Assembly (NCBI GenBank): GCA_017935485.1
Contig: JAGBHO010000047.1
Coordinates: 2,285-66,284, forward strand
DNA from: Alphaproteobacteria bacterium
GTDB taxonomy: Bacteria > Pseudomonadota > Alphaproteobacteria > RF32 > CAG-239
Length of the DNA stretch: 64,000 nt
Direction: 5' to 3'
A model generated the notes under the pieces. It did not search any database, had not been told where the DNA came from, and saw nothing but the letters and a program-made list of their open reading frames with translations. Positions within the stretch are counted from its first letter, which is position 1, and the number at the start of each line of letters is the position of its first letter. The translations under genes were made by a program, and so were the position numbers. Of this stretch, positions 49,581 to 59,501 are shown piece after piece.

Positions 49581-50452
49581 TGCCTAAAGTTTCTGTACTA
49601 ACACCTTTATATAATACGAATAAAGTACATTTGCAAGAAATGATTGCTTCAGTATTGGAACAGTCATTTCAGGATTTTGAGTTTATTTTGTTAAATGATT
49701 CTCCTGAAAATAAGGAGATTGAACAAATTGTTAAATCTTATAAGGATAAAAGAATAAGATATTATTGTAATGAAAGAAATTTGGGAATTTCGGCCAGCAG
49801 AAATAAATTAATTGATTTGGCAAAAGGGGAATATTTGGCCATTTGTGATCATGATGATATTTCTGTTCCGGATAGATTTGAAGCACAGGTTGCTTATTTG
49901 GATAAGAATCCTGCAGTAGGTGTTGTATCTGGTTTATGTGAAGTTTTTGGTGGTGGAACACATGTGTTTCAGCAGCATCCGGAGTTTGATTTGGATATAA
50001 AAATTCATTTGACGAAAGGTTGTTATTTGGCACATCCAGCATCAATGATACGAAAAAGTGTGTTGTTATCTAATGATATTTGTTACAATGAAAGATATTC
50101 TCCCGCGGAAGATTATAAATTGTGGGAAGATTTAATAGATGTTACAAATTTTTATAATCTACAAAAAGTTTTGTTAAAGTATCGAAGTTTTGATGCAAAT
50201 ACTTCTGTTTTGCAAAATAGAATTATGATTGAAGCATCAAGAAAAATACAGTTGGAAATTAGAGATAAGCACCCTTCTTATTATGATGAAATATCTAGAG
50301 AAATTCCGCTTTCTGAAAAGACTTCCGAAAAGGTTTATTATAAACTATTCGGGATAGTTCCACTGATTAAGATTACCAAGAATAAAGTTTATTTGTTTAA
50401 CATTGTTCCGTTGCTGACAATAAGGAGAAAAACATGCAGAAGCCCAAGATAA
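49577..50452 (+). CDS. Family-2 glycosyltransferase (paralog of the 43750 gene)
   Basis: 291 aa; SVLTPLYN...DHDD; AT-rich. Confidence 0.75.
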   Translation: MMPKVSVLTPLYNTNKVHLQEMIASVLEQSFQDFEFILLNDSPENKEIEQIVKSYKDKRIRYYCNERNLGISASRNKLIDLAKGEYLAICDHDDISVPDRFEAQVAYLDKNPAVGVVSGLCEVFGGGTHVFQQHPEFDLDIKIHLTKGCYLAHPASMIRKSVLLSNDICYNERYSPAEDYKLWEDLIDVTNFYNLQKVLLKYRSFDANTSVLQNRIMIEASRKIQLEIRDKHPSYYDEISREIPLSEKTSEKVYYKLFGIVPLIKITKNKVYLFNIVPLLTIRRKTCRSPR

Positions 50453-51400
50453 CTTTAGGAATTGTTTTTTACAATCAACGAAATTTTATTAAGGATGCTA
50501 TAGCTTCCGTGAAGAATCAGACTATTGATGGGTGGGAATGTATAATTTATGATGATGGGTCTTCAGATGGTTCGGATGAGATAATTTTACGTGAAATATG
50601 TAATGATGGTCGTTTTATTTTTAAACGTTCAGAGAAGCGTAATTTTACACCGTCTGTTGGTCGGAATTATTGTTTGGATCATGTAAAAGGAAAATATGTA
50701 TGTTTTCTGGATGGCGATGATATGTTGGTTAAAAATGCTTTCGAAATTATGTATGGCGTAGCGGAAGCCGGAAATTGTGATATGGTGTCTTGCGGGGCTC
50801 CAAATTATAATATTTCAGTTCCTGTCGATTTTCACTATCATACGGATTTGCCGGCTGCTGGATGTGTAAATGATATTGTTTTTGTGAATACCCCAGTGCC
50901 AGATGGTAGTGCATGGAGATTAAATGGTGATATTGAAAATGGTTGGATCTGGGGTATTCTTTATAAAAAAGAAACTATAAAAGATATTCGTTTTGATTAA
51001 AAGCTGAGACCTTATGAAGATTCATTGTTTTTTATGAATGCATCTCTGGTGATTAAAAGATTTGCGGTAATGAAGACTTCCAGTGTTTTTCATAGAGAAA
51101 ATTCAGGTATTACGAATAAAGGAATAAGTGATGAGATCTTACCGGCAATAGACTCGTTTTTTCAAAAAGCATATTTATTAATCGGTGAGCAATACAGGGG
51201 GGGGGGTATATGATGCCTGGTTGAAAAATATGTGTCGAATATTGCTAAAGCATACGTGGTATATTTATAAATATTGTTATGCAGAGACGAAAGATAAAGT
51301 AAATCTTGTGAGAAAAATTCGTGATTATGCTAAGCCGTATGAAAAATTTGAACCGTGCGGATTAAAAATAATGTTACGCAAACTAAGAATGAAATTGTAA
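50434..51400 (+). pseudogene. Family-2 glycosyltransferase disrupted by an in-frame TAA (50998-51000, in the expected FDEKLRPYEDS motif) and a G10 homopolymer frameshift; candidate phase-variable gene
   Basis: Frame 1 runs 50434-51213; G10 at 51197-51206. With G9 the reading frame would continue to 51400. Confidence 0.6.
51197..51206 (+). repeat. Poly-G tract (10 G) inside the GT2 pseudogene
   Basis: Counted directly from the sequence. Confidence 0.95.
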
Positions 51401-51414
51401 AAAGGAGATTATAA

Positions 51415-52677
51415 ATGAAGTGGAATAAGCCGGGGCATGAGTTTGATGAGTTAGGCGGCAAGTTTATTAAAAACCGAAAGTTGATTGTGATTGGAGATGA
51501 CTTTGATCAGGCCAGTTTTTATCTAAATCGCAGGATAACGGATGTATTGCAGTTCTTAAATGTTCCTGTTAAATTGGTAAAGTTTTCAATAAAAAATCTT
51601 CAAAAAAAGTGGTTTACCAAATTAATAATACATATGTTAAACTTTAAATACAAATTGTTCAAGCAACACGCTGTTATTATTACACATTATAAGTATCAAG
51701 ATGTGAATAAGGCTATTATGTTGCGTAATATTTTGAAAGAGATATTTCCTAATCTTATGGTTTATGATTCGACAGAGTTTTTGGAAAAACAAATGTCAAT
51801 ATTTGCAGCGTATGTACAAGATAAAATTTATGTTCGTGATACCTGCATTATTGTTACAACGGGATGTACATTAAATTGTAAATATTGTTTGAATTTTACT
51901 CCTTTTATTAAACATGCAAAATCAATTTCTTTAGAAAAACTAAAAGAAGAAGCAGATATTTATTTTAAGGTTGTTGATTATGTCGGATTTTTTCAAATTA
52001 GTGGCGGAGAACCGCTTACTTATAAATATTTAGCTGAGTATATTGAGTGGGTGGCTGAAAAATATAGTAATCAAATTGGACAGATATTGTTGGCAACAAA
52101 TGGTACGTTATTGCCAGATGAAAGATTGGCAAATGTGTTAAAAAAATATGGTGTTATTTTACTTTTAGATAATTATACTCAAGCGGTTCCATCGACAAAA
52201 CCCACACGCGATAAATTAATAAACTTTTTGGAGGAACATGGTATAGATTCTCGTGATTATGGTGAAAATCAGCAGTTTTTTAAATTTTTTCCAGCCAATG
52301 AAGATTACTCAAAATTATCAGAAAAAGAGCTTTCTGAACGAGCTGATAAATGTTGGGGATTGCAACCTTGGCGAAATTTACGCGATGGGCGGATTTATTA
52401 TTGTAATTTTTCATCCTTTGCCGTTACAGCGGGTATTATTCAGGATGATCCTCGTAATTATATGGATTTGAAAAATTTTGATTGCTCAAAGAAGAAAGAA
52501 TTGCTTGAATTTTTTATGGGCTATTCAGTATTAGGATATGATACTTTTTGTACTTTGTGTAATGGTATAAATGAGAGTAACACCTTGGAACGGCGACCAG
52601 CAGGGGAGCAAGCCAAAGGAAAATTTGGCTGGCATTCCGGAATGACCTTGTCTGAGTTTGAGGAGATGAACTTATGA
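51415..52677 (+). CDS. Radical SAM protein (CxxxCxxC = CTLNCKYC), function unknown, within the glycan cassette
   Basis: 420 aa; canonical radical-SAM cluster motif; extra C-terminal Cys cluster (CTLCNG). Confidence 0.65.
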   Translation: MKWNKPGHEFDELGGKFIKNRKLIVIGDDFDQASFYLNRRITDVLQFLNVPVKLVKFSIKNLQKKWFTKLIIHMLNFKYKLFKQHAVIITHYKYQDVNKAIMLRNILKEIFPNLMVYDSTEFLEKQMSIFAAYVQDKIYVRDTCIIVTTGCTLNCKYCLNFTPFIKHAKSISLEKLKEEADIYFKVVDYVGFFQISGGEPLTYKYLAEYIEWVAEKYSNQIGQILLATNGTLLPDERLANVLKKYGVILLLDNYTQAVPSTKPTRDKLINFLEEHGIDSRDYGENQQFFKFFPANEDYSKLSEKELSERADKCWGLQPWRNLRDGRIYYCNFSSFAVTAGIIQDDPRNYMDLKNFDCSKKKELLEFFMGYSVLGYDTFCTLCNGINESNTLERRPAGEQAKGKFGWHSGMTLSEFEEMNL

Positions 52678-53354
52678 GTTTTTTGAAAAAGTATCGAAAG
52701 CTTTCTCAGAATAAAGCCAGATTAAAACAATTTTATAATGCCGGGAATTCTATAATTATTATAGAGGGCGAAAAGACAATTGTTAATCCAGCTGAATTTT
52801 TAGAACTTGAACTTTTAAGGATTCCTTGGGGGGGGGTGCAACTTATAATACATAGGCCGTTTGCATTTAAAATGTTGTCTTTGGATGTATGTGGTAATTT
52901 GAGTGTTGAAATTTGCGAAAATATTATTGAGCCAGTCGGACATATCAGAATACTTAAGGCTGTCGGTGATGTTAAAAATTATGTATATATAGGAAAAGGT
53001 TCAGGGATAGGGGATGCTGTTTTTGATGTAACACTTCACGGTAATATAGAAATTGGAGATGCATGTACAATGTCTTGGGGTGTTATGTTGAAAACCGATG
53101 ATACACATCCAATTTATCAAAATGGAAAAATAATTAACCGAAGTAAAAATATTATAATTGGTAAGAATGTATGGATTGGTATGCATGCGTCAATTTTAAA
53201 AAATAGTATGATACCTGACGGGGCTATCGTTGGTGCCTATTCGGTAGTGGCCGGGCGGTTCGATGAAAAGAATTCTGTTATAGCGGGAAATCCGGCCAAA
53301 GTTGTAAAACGTGATGTCCAATGGAAATGTGGACTTATTGATTATAATGATTAA
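52674..53354 (+). CDS. Hexapeptide-repeat (left-handed beta-helix) sugar O-acetyltransferase with an internal G9 tract
   Basis: 226 aa; hexapeptide repeats NVWIGMHASILKNSMIPDGAIVGAYSVVAG; G9 at 52828-52836 lies in-frame inside the CDS as called. Confidence 0.65.
   Translation: MSFLKKYRKLSQNKARLKQFYNAGNSIIIIEGEKTIVNPAEFLELELLRIPWGGVQLIIHRPFAFKMLSLDVCGNLSVEICENIIEPVGHIRILKAVGDVKNYVYIGKGSGIGDAVFDVTLHGNIEIGDACTMSWGVMLKTDDTHPIYQNGKIINRSKNIIIGKNVWIGMHASILKNSMIPDGAIVGAYSVVAGRFDEKNSVIAGNPAKVVKRDVQWKCGLIDYND
52828..52836 (+). repeat. Poly-G tract (9 G) within the acetyltransferase CDS
   Basis: Counted directly from the sequence. Confidence 0.95.
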
Positions 53355-53413
53355 TTTTTGTTTCTTTACATTTTGCTTTTTTCTGTAATAATGGAAGAAA
53401 ATAATGATGGGAG

Positions 53414-53677
53414 ATGAAGATGGCGGCGAGAGTAGCGATTGTCGGGATTATTGTTGAAAATCCGGAGGCGGTGGAAAAGCTTAATGCAATTTTGCATGAG
53501 TATGCCGCTTTTATCATCGGCCGGATGGGGATTCCTTATCGCGAAAAGAAGGTGAGCATTATCAGTATTGCCGTAGATGCGCCGCAAGATGTAATCAGTG
53601 CCATGGCGGGAAGAATAGGGCGACTGAACGGCGTGTCGGCCAAAACCGTTTATTCGGCCAAAGAGGCTGAAAATTAA
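53414..53677 (+). CDS. Small ACT-like protein resembling the TM1266-type putative iron-only hydrogenase system regulator
   Basis: 87 aa; immediately upstream of hydG, as in many FeFe-hydrogenase maturase clusters. Confidence 0.5.
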   Translation: MKMAARVAIVGIIVENPEAVEKLNAILHEYAAFIIGRMGIPYREKKVSIISIAVDAPQDVISAMAGRIGRLNGVSAKTVYSAKEAEN

Positions 53678-53772
53678 ATTCTTTCTTGCATCTTTGCCTT
53701 AAAGTTTGTATAGTTCCGATGATTTTTAACTAACGGGGAAGATTTTCTGACCTGAAAGAGAAAGGCTGTTAT

Positions 53773-55191
53773 ATGTATGATCCGAAATCATTAAAGGCGG
53801 AGGAGTTTATCTGCCATCAGGAAGTTCTGGATACGCTGGAATTTGCCGAGAAGAATAAAAACAATCGCAAACTTATTGATAAAATTCTGGAAAAAGCCCG
53901 TTTGCGCAAGGGATTGAGCCATAGAGAGGCTATTGTGCTGCTGGACTGTGCGCTTGAAGACAAAAACAAAGAAATTTTTGCTTTGGCCGAACAGATTAAA
54001 AAAGACTATTACGGTAACCGTATTGTTATGTTTGCGCCGCTGTATCTGTCCAATTATTGTGTCAACGGCTGTGTTTATTGCCCTTATCATGCCAAAAACA
54101 AACATATTGCGCGCAAAAAGCTGACGCAGGAAGAAATTGCCCGTGAGGTTATTGCTTTGCAGGATATGGGGCACAAGCGTCTGGCTCTGGAGGCGGGGGA
54201 AGATCCGGTCAACAATCCGATAGAGTATATTCTGGAAAGTATCAAAACCATCTATTCCATTAAGCATAAAAACGGTGCAATCCGCCGTGTAAATGTTAAT
54301 ATAGCTGCAACAACGGTTGAGAATTATCGCAAGTTGAAAGAAGCCGGTATCGGCACTTATATTCTTTTTCAGGAAACTTATCATAAAGAAAGTTATGAAA
54401 AACTGCATCCCAAAGGCCCGAAGCATAATTATGCCTATCATACCGAGGCGATGGACAGAGCCATGGAGGGCGGTATTGACGATGTCGGGCTCGGGGTTTT
54501 GTTCGGGCTGGAATTGTACCGTTACGAGTTTGCCGCTCTTTTGATGCATGCCGAGCATCTGGAAGCTGTTCACGGCGTGGGGCCGCATACGATCAGCGTG
54601 CCGCGGATTAAGCATGCCGACGATATTGATCCGAACGTTTTTGACAATGGCATTGACGATGATATTTTTGCCAAGATTATTGCATGCATCCGGATTTCGG
54701 TGCCTTATACCGGTATGATTATTTCAACGAGAGAGAGCAAGGCCTGTCGGGAAAAAGCTTTGCATTACGGCATTTCGCAAATCAGCGGCGGTTCCAAAAC
54801 CAGTGTCGGCGGATATGCCGAAGAGGAACCCGAGGATCATAAATCCGAACAATTTGACGTCAGCGACAAAAGAACTCTGGATGAGGTTGTCCGCTGGCTG
54901 ATGGAGCAGGGATACGTGCCGAGCTTTTGTACGGCTTGTTATCGCGAAGGCCGGACCGGCGACCGTTTCATGGCCTTGTGCAAAAATATGCAAATTCATA
55001 ACTGCTGTCTGCCCAATGCCCTGATGACCCTGAAAGAATATATACAGGATTATGCGTCACCTGAGACAAAGCTGCTTGGCGAAGCTTTGATTGCTTCTGA
55101 ACTGGATAATATTCCGAATGAAAAGGTCAGAAATATTGTTAAGGCTAATTTGGAAAATATTGTCAAAGGACAGCGTGATTTTCGTTTTTAG
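53773..55191 (+). CDS. hydG: [FeFe]-hydrogenase maturase HydG (radical SAM tyrosine lyase; ThiH paralog with C-terminal Cys motif)
   Basis: 472 aa; CVNGCVYC radical SAM motif and C-terminal CTACYREGRTGDRF...C pattern typical of HydG rather than ThiH. Confidence 0.75.
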   Translation: MYDPKSLKAEEFICHQEVLDTLEFAEKNKNNRKLIDKILEKARLRKGLSHREAIVLLDCALEDKNKEIFALAEQIKKDYYGNRIVMFAPLYLSNYCVNGCVYCPYHAKNKHIARKKLTQEEIAREVIALQDMGHKRLALEAGEDPVNNPIEYILESIKTIYSIKHKNGAIRRVNVNIAATTVENYRKLKEAGIGTYILFQETYHKESYEKLHPKGPKHNYAYHTEAMDRAMEGGIDDVGLGVLFGLELYRYEFAALLMHAEHLEAVHGVGPHTISVPRIKHADDIDPNVFDNGIDDDIFAKIIACIRISVPYTGMIISTRESKACREKALHYGISQISGGSKTSVGGYAEEEPEDHKSEQFDVSDKRTLDEVVRWLMEQGYVPSFCTACYREGRTGDRFMALCKNMQIHNCCLPNALMTLKEYIQDYASPETKLLGEALIASELDNIPNEKVRNIVKANLENIVKGQRDFRF

Positions 55192-55403
55192 AACGTTTTT
55201 TTCCATGTCTAATCGATTGAATCTCCCGAGCAGTTTTCGGGAGATTTTTTTTGTCGCATTTGTTGTGCAAATATTAGGAAATCCGAGGATTTCAAAGAAT
55301 TATCCACAGAAACGTTTTTAAAGTCTTAAGCACCTTGATTCGGGGTAAAAGGCATATTATTTTTTACGGCATAATAAATTTTTCATTATTAGGAATTTTA
55401 GTT

Positions 55404-56948
55404 ATGAGTAAAAAAGTTATGTTTTCAACCCATGGTCTGGTTGAAGGTGATTTTGCCTATAAAACAGATGAGCTGGGCTTTCCGACCAATGAGGTCATTT
55501 CCAAAAAAGTTATTACGGGGCAGGATACCGGCGGGCAGGTTTATTATGTCAAAGCGCTGGCTTCCATTTATGACAAAGATTATGATGTAGATTTGGTTAC
55601 CAGAAGGGTTGATCCGAGAATTTGCCCGCAATTCGGCGGCACATTTAAAGATTTGGGGTCGGATATCAATTATACCGTAGAAAAACAATGGCATGAAGTT
55701 GATGCCGGGTTGCACGGACGTGCCAGAAGCAATGTGCTGCGTGTTCCGGCAGGCGGTAATTTTGCTTTTGTTCCGAAAGAGGAAATTGTTCCTTTGCTGG
55801 ACGAATTGATTGATAATCTGGTTGATTATTATAAAAAAGAAGGTTCTTACGAGGATATTGAGGTTGTTGAGGGACATTACCGCGACGGTATGCTGGCCGC
55901 ATCAATGTTGTGCGACAGAGTAGAGAAAGATACGGGACGCCGTCCGGTTATGCTGGTGACAAGCCACTCTCTCGGCCATAAAAAATATGAGAGAAATCTG
56001 CCCAAATATGAAAACGGCGAGATTCCCGACGAAGTTTGGCAATGGCATAATTTTGAAGAGCGTATCAGCCATGAGAAATACGGTTTTGATCAGGCAGACA
56101 TTATTATTGCCACGTCTCCGGACGAGGAGCGCCGTCTGGCCGCAGATCCTTATCTGGCTGATGTCAACAAAGTGACCGTAATTCCGCCGGGGTATAACAG
56201 CCTGTTGTTTAAACCGATGGCAGAAGAGGCAAAGCAGGCTTTGGTTTCTGATTTTGTATATCAGGATCTTGACGGCAACGAGCGCCATATTAACCTGAGC
56301 GGCCGGAAAGTCGTTTCTTCTTTAGGGCGCGTTGTGCCTGATAAGGGTTTTGTCGAGCTTTCCAGAACAATGAAAGAGATTATTGCCAAAGACCGTAACG
56401 TTATTTATATGGTCAGCGGAGAAAAAGGCAACCCCGTTACCGAAGAATGCAAGAAAGAATTGGACGGCGTGTTGGATAATGTTGTTTTTCTGCCGTCTTT
56501 GAATCAGGGACAAATGGCGCGGGTTTATAACGCTTCTTCAATCTTTGTCATGTCAAGCCTGAATGAAGCTTTCGGCATGGTTCCGCTTGAGGCGATGGGA
56601 TGCGGTACGGCGGTTGTTGTCGGACGCAGCGGCTTTAATGATTATGCCCATTGCGCCGATATCCGCCATGACAATGAAGATTTCAGCAAAGCAATCGGTT
56701 TTTATGCGCCATCGCAGGAAGTTGACCGCCGGCGTCAGGTTAAAGCCGTATCGTTGCTGCTGAACAACGAAGAACTCAGAAAGCAGGTAGCGCGGAACGG
56801 TTATGATTTTGTTTCTAAAAACCTGACATGGCAGCAGATTGCCAATAAGAAAAACATGCTTATTCGTGAGGTTATCAGACAAAGAGGAAGCAGGAGGATT
56901 GCCGCCGGCGAAAATTTTTTTAGACGAGCCGTCGGTTACAGCCTGTAA
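55404..56948 (+). CDS. GT4-family glycosyltransferase (sucrose-phosphate-synthase-like)
   Basis: About 515 aa; TGGQVYYV motif characteristic of SPS/sucrose-synthase-type GT-B enzymes. Confidence 0.65.
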   Translation: MSKKVMFSTHGLVEGDFAYKTDELGFPTNEVISKKVITGQDTGGQVYYVKALASIYDKDYDVDLVTRRVDPRICPQFGGTFKDLGSDINYTVEKQWHEVDAGLHGRARSNVLRVPAGGNFAFVPKEEIVPLLDELIDNLVDYYKKEGSYEDIEVVEGHYRDGMLAASMLCDRVEKDTGRRPVMLVTSHSLGHKKYERNLPKYENGEIPDEVWQWHNFEERISHEKYGFDQADIIIATSPDEERRLAADPYLADVNKVTVIPPGYNSLLFKPMAEEAKQALVSDFVYQDLDGNERHINLSGRKVVSSLGRVVPDKGFVELSRTMKEIIAKDRNVIYMVSGEKGNPVTEECKKELDGVLDNVVFLPSLNQGQMARVYNASSIFVMSSLNEAFGMVPLEAMGCGTAVVVGRSGFNDYAHCADIRHDNEDFSKAIGFYAPSQEVDRRRQVKAVSLLLNNEELRKQVARNGYDFVSKNLTWQQIANKKNMLIREVIRQRGSRRIAAGENFFRRAVGYSL

Positions 56949-57107
56949 TGCCTGACCAGACGGCAGCAGAATTAAAAAGCGGAAGCGGAAAACGTTTCCG
57001 CTTTTTTTATGCTGCAGGAAGAGCTGTCTGTTGTTTTTTAGTTTGATTTTTGCAAAAAAGTGTAATAGCTTTAGAAAAATTGAAAAAACATATGAAGAGA
57101 GGTTGTT

Positions 57108-58364
57108 ATGGGAATTAATGCATTGCCGGTCAGAGGTACAAAAGATTATCTGCCGGCGGAGGTTTTGCTGCGGGATTATGTTCAGGGGATTATCCTTGAT
57201 ACTTATAAGAAGTTTGGTTTTCAGCGGATTAATACGCCGATTATGGAGGATATTGAGCGCTTGAACAAAAGCGACGGCGGCGAGAATCTCAGCATGATTT
57301 TCAAAATTCTCAAACGCGGGCAGAAACTTGATTTGAGCAAAGAAAATCTTGTGGAAGACGATCTGGTTGACAGCGGGCTGCGTTATGATCTGACGATGCC
57401 GTTGTCGCGTTATTTTGCCAACAACCGCCAGAATTTGACTTTGCCGTTCAAATGTATTCAGATTGACAAGGTTTTTCGTGCCGAACGTCCGCAAAAAGGC
57501 CGGTTGCGCGAGTTCTTTCAATGCGATATTGATATTATCGGCGATGCGTCGGCCAATGCCGAAGCCGAGCTGATTTATGTAACGACGCAGGCTTTGCTGA
57601 ATATCGGTTTTGAAGATTTTACCGTTCGGGTTAATGACCGCCGGATTTTGACGGATCTGATTAAGTCCGCCGGATTTTCCGATGAAGACGTTCCGTCTGT
57701 CTGCATCAGTTTTGACAAACTGGACAAGGTGGGCTTAGACGGTGTTAAAGCAGAGTTGCTGGAGAAAGAATATGTGCCGGCCGTGGTTGAAAAGTTTATG
57801 GAAATCATCGGCGGCAATGACTTGTCTGATTTGTCGGCGATTGAAAAATTCTGTTCCGATGCGACGGTTCCTGCTAATCTGAAAAAAGTGATTGAGACCA
57901 TTCGGGCGTTGACCGGCGGAAAGTTTAATATCGTTTATGACAAATCTCTGGTGCGCGGCATGGGGTATTATACCGGCATGGTGTTTGAGATTGTCAGTAC
58001 CAAATTTGGTTCTTCCGTTGCCGGCGGCGGAAGATATGACAAGATGATCGGAAAGTTTTTGGGCGAAACGGTACCGGCAGTCGGTTTTTCCATAGGTTTT
58101 GAACGTATTTGCGAAATTTTGAAAGACAGTGAGACCGTAAAAGTGCCGCAAGGTAAGAAGATTGTGCTGGTTTATGCCGATGGCGACGATTTTGGTGCGG
58201 TTTTGAAAAAAACGGCGGAGCTGAGAGCTGACGGCTGGACGGTGAATATGCTCAAGCGCTCCAAAAAGCTCGGTAAACAGCTTGATGCCATGGTTGACAA
58301 CGGTTACAGCCATTCTTTTAATTTCGGAGAATCGACCGAGCCGAAGGAGCTGCAAAAGAAGTAA
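57108..58364 (+). CDS. hisS: Histidyl-tRNA synthetase (class IIa)
   Basis: 418 aa; motif 2 FRAERPQKGRLREFFQCD, motif 3 GGGRYD, anticodon-binding C-domain present. Confidence 0.75.
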   Translation: MGINALPVRGTKDYLPAEVLLRDYVQGIILDTYKKFGFQRINTPIMEDIERLNKSDGGENLSMIFKILKRGQKLDLSKENLVEDDLVDSGLRYDLTMPLSRYFANNRQNLTLPFKCIQIDKVFRAERPQKGRLREFFQCDIDIIGDASANAEAELIYVTTQALLNIGFEDFTVRVNDRRILTDLIKSAGFSDEDVPSVCISFDKLDKVGLDGVKAELLEKEYVPAVVEKFMEIIGGNDLSDLSAIEKFCSDATVPANLKKVIETIRALTGGKFNIVYDKSLVRGMGYYTGMVFEIVSTKFGSSVAGGGRYDKMIGKFLGETVPAVGFSIGFERICEILKDSETVKVPQGKKIVLVYADGDDFGAVLKKTAELRADGWTVNMLKRSKKLGKQLDAMVDNGYSHSFNFGESTEPKELQKK

Positions 58365-58487
58365 CCTTATAAAAGGGAATGAAGGCCCGCAAAATTTGCG
58401 GGCTTTTTTGTTGTTGGAAATATTAAAAATTGCGTTGACGCAGCTCTGCCTGTCTAATATCCTGTTTAATTATTAACGGAGGAAGGT

Positions 58488-59420
58488 ATGGCAGAAATTT
58501 CGGTGATTGTTCCGGCATATAATGCCGAAAAATATTTGGAGAATACGCTAAAAAGCATTTTGAATCAGTCTTTTAGTGATTTTGAAGTTATTTTGGTTGA
58601 TGACGGCAGTGTTGACAAAACATCGGATATTATGGCCGCTTATGCCGCTAAAGACAAGAGAATTAAAGTCATTTGCCAGAAAAACGGAGGGGTCGGTGCG
58701 GCCAGAAATACCGGAATGGATGCCGCTGCCGGAAAGTATTTTTATTTTGCCGATGCCGATGATATTCTTCATCCGCAGATTTTGGAATTTTTATATCAGT
58801 CTTGTGAGAAAGAGCAGGCTGATTTTGCCTGTTGTAATTTTGAAGCCGTTGAGGAAAACAAACTTCCGGAAATTCCGGTTTATGATCAGAATGTATCAAA
58901 CGAAATTGTTGATAATCCTCTTGAATTTATGTGTGCCAACAGAAAGAAAATCAACAATAATGTCTGGACAAAGCTTTACAGGGTTTCGGCACTGACCGGT
59001 TTACGGTTTGCCGATAATCAGGGTGTGGAAGATTTATATTTTAATATATTGGCGATGCGGCGTTTTTCTAAAGGCGTGTTTGTTCCTTTGGTTTTGTATT
59101 ATTATATTTTGTCTTCAGGCTCAATTTCGCGCAGGGATTTTAAAGTAGAAAAGCTTGATGTTCATATGGATTGTTACAAACGGCTGCAAAAAGATTTTGA
59201 AAATGAGCCGGTTTTGTGGCGGCTTATAAAGCGCAGGATTGTCAATCGCAGTTTTTACGGCATGGTTAAAGAGGTTTCGGAATTGCCGAAAGAAAAGGCA
59301 CGGGAGTTGAAAGCTGTTTGGAAGCCGCAAATCAGGGCGTTTAAAAAGACCGGGATTATCGGAACGGAAGGCTTGTCTTTGCGCAAAAGGCTCAAACTTT
59401 TTTTATTTATGCTTTTTTAG
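58488..59420 (+). CDS. Family-2 glycosyltransferase
   Basis: 310 aa; ISVIVPAYN...DADD. Confidence 0.75.
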   Translation: MAEISVIVPAYNAEKYLENTLKSILNQSFSDFEVILVDDGSVDKTSDIMAAYAAKDKRIKVICQKNGGVGAARNTGMDAAAGKYFYFADADDILHPQILEFLYQSCEKEQADFACCNFEAVEENKLPEIPVYDQNVSNEIVDNPLEFMCANRKKINNNVWTKLYRVSALTGLRFADNQGVEDLYFNILAMRRFSKGVFVPLVLYYYILSSGSISRRDFKVEKLDVHMDCYKRLQKDFENEPVLWRLIKRRIVNRSFYGMVKEVSELPKEKARELKAVWKPQIRAFKKTGIIGTEGLSLRKRLKLFLFMLF

Positions 59421-59501
59421 CAATTAACAGTATTTGTTTTTGTTGTTGACCTGATTAAAAATATCGCTTAGCTTTAATTTTAAAGATTAAAGAGAGGTGG
59501 T

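Noticed and set aside
51025-51400. Two short ORFs (51025-51213, 51185-51400) as separate genes
   Set aside because: They are the frameshifted C-terminal remainder of the GT2 gene beginning at 50434 and were merged into one pseudogene call.
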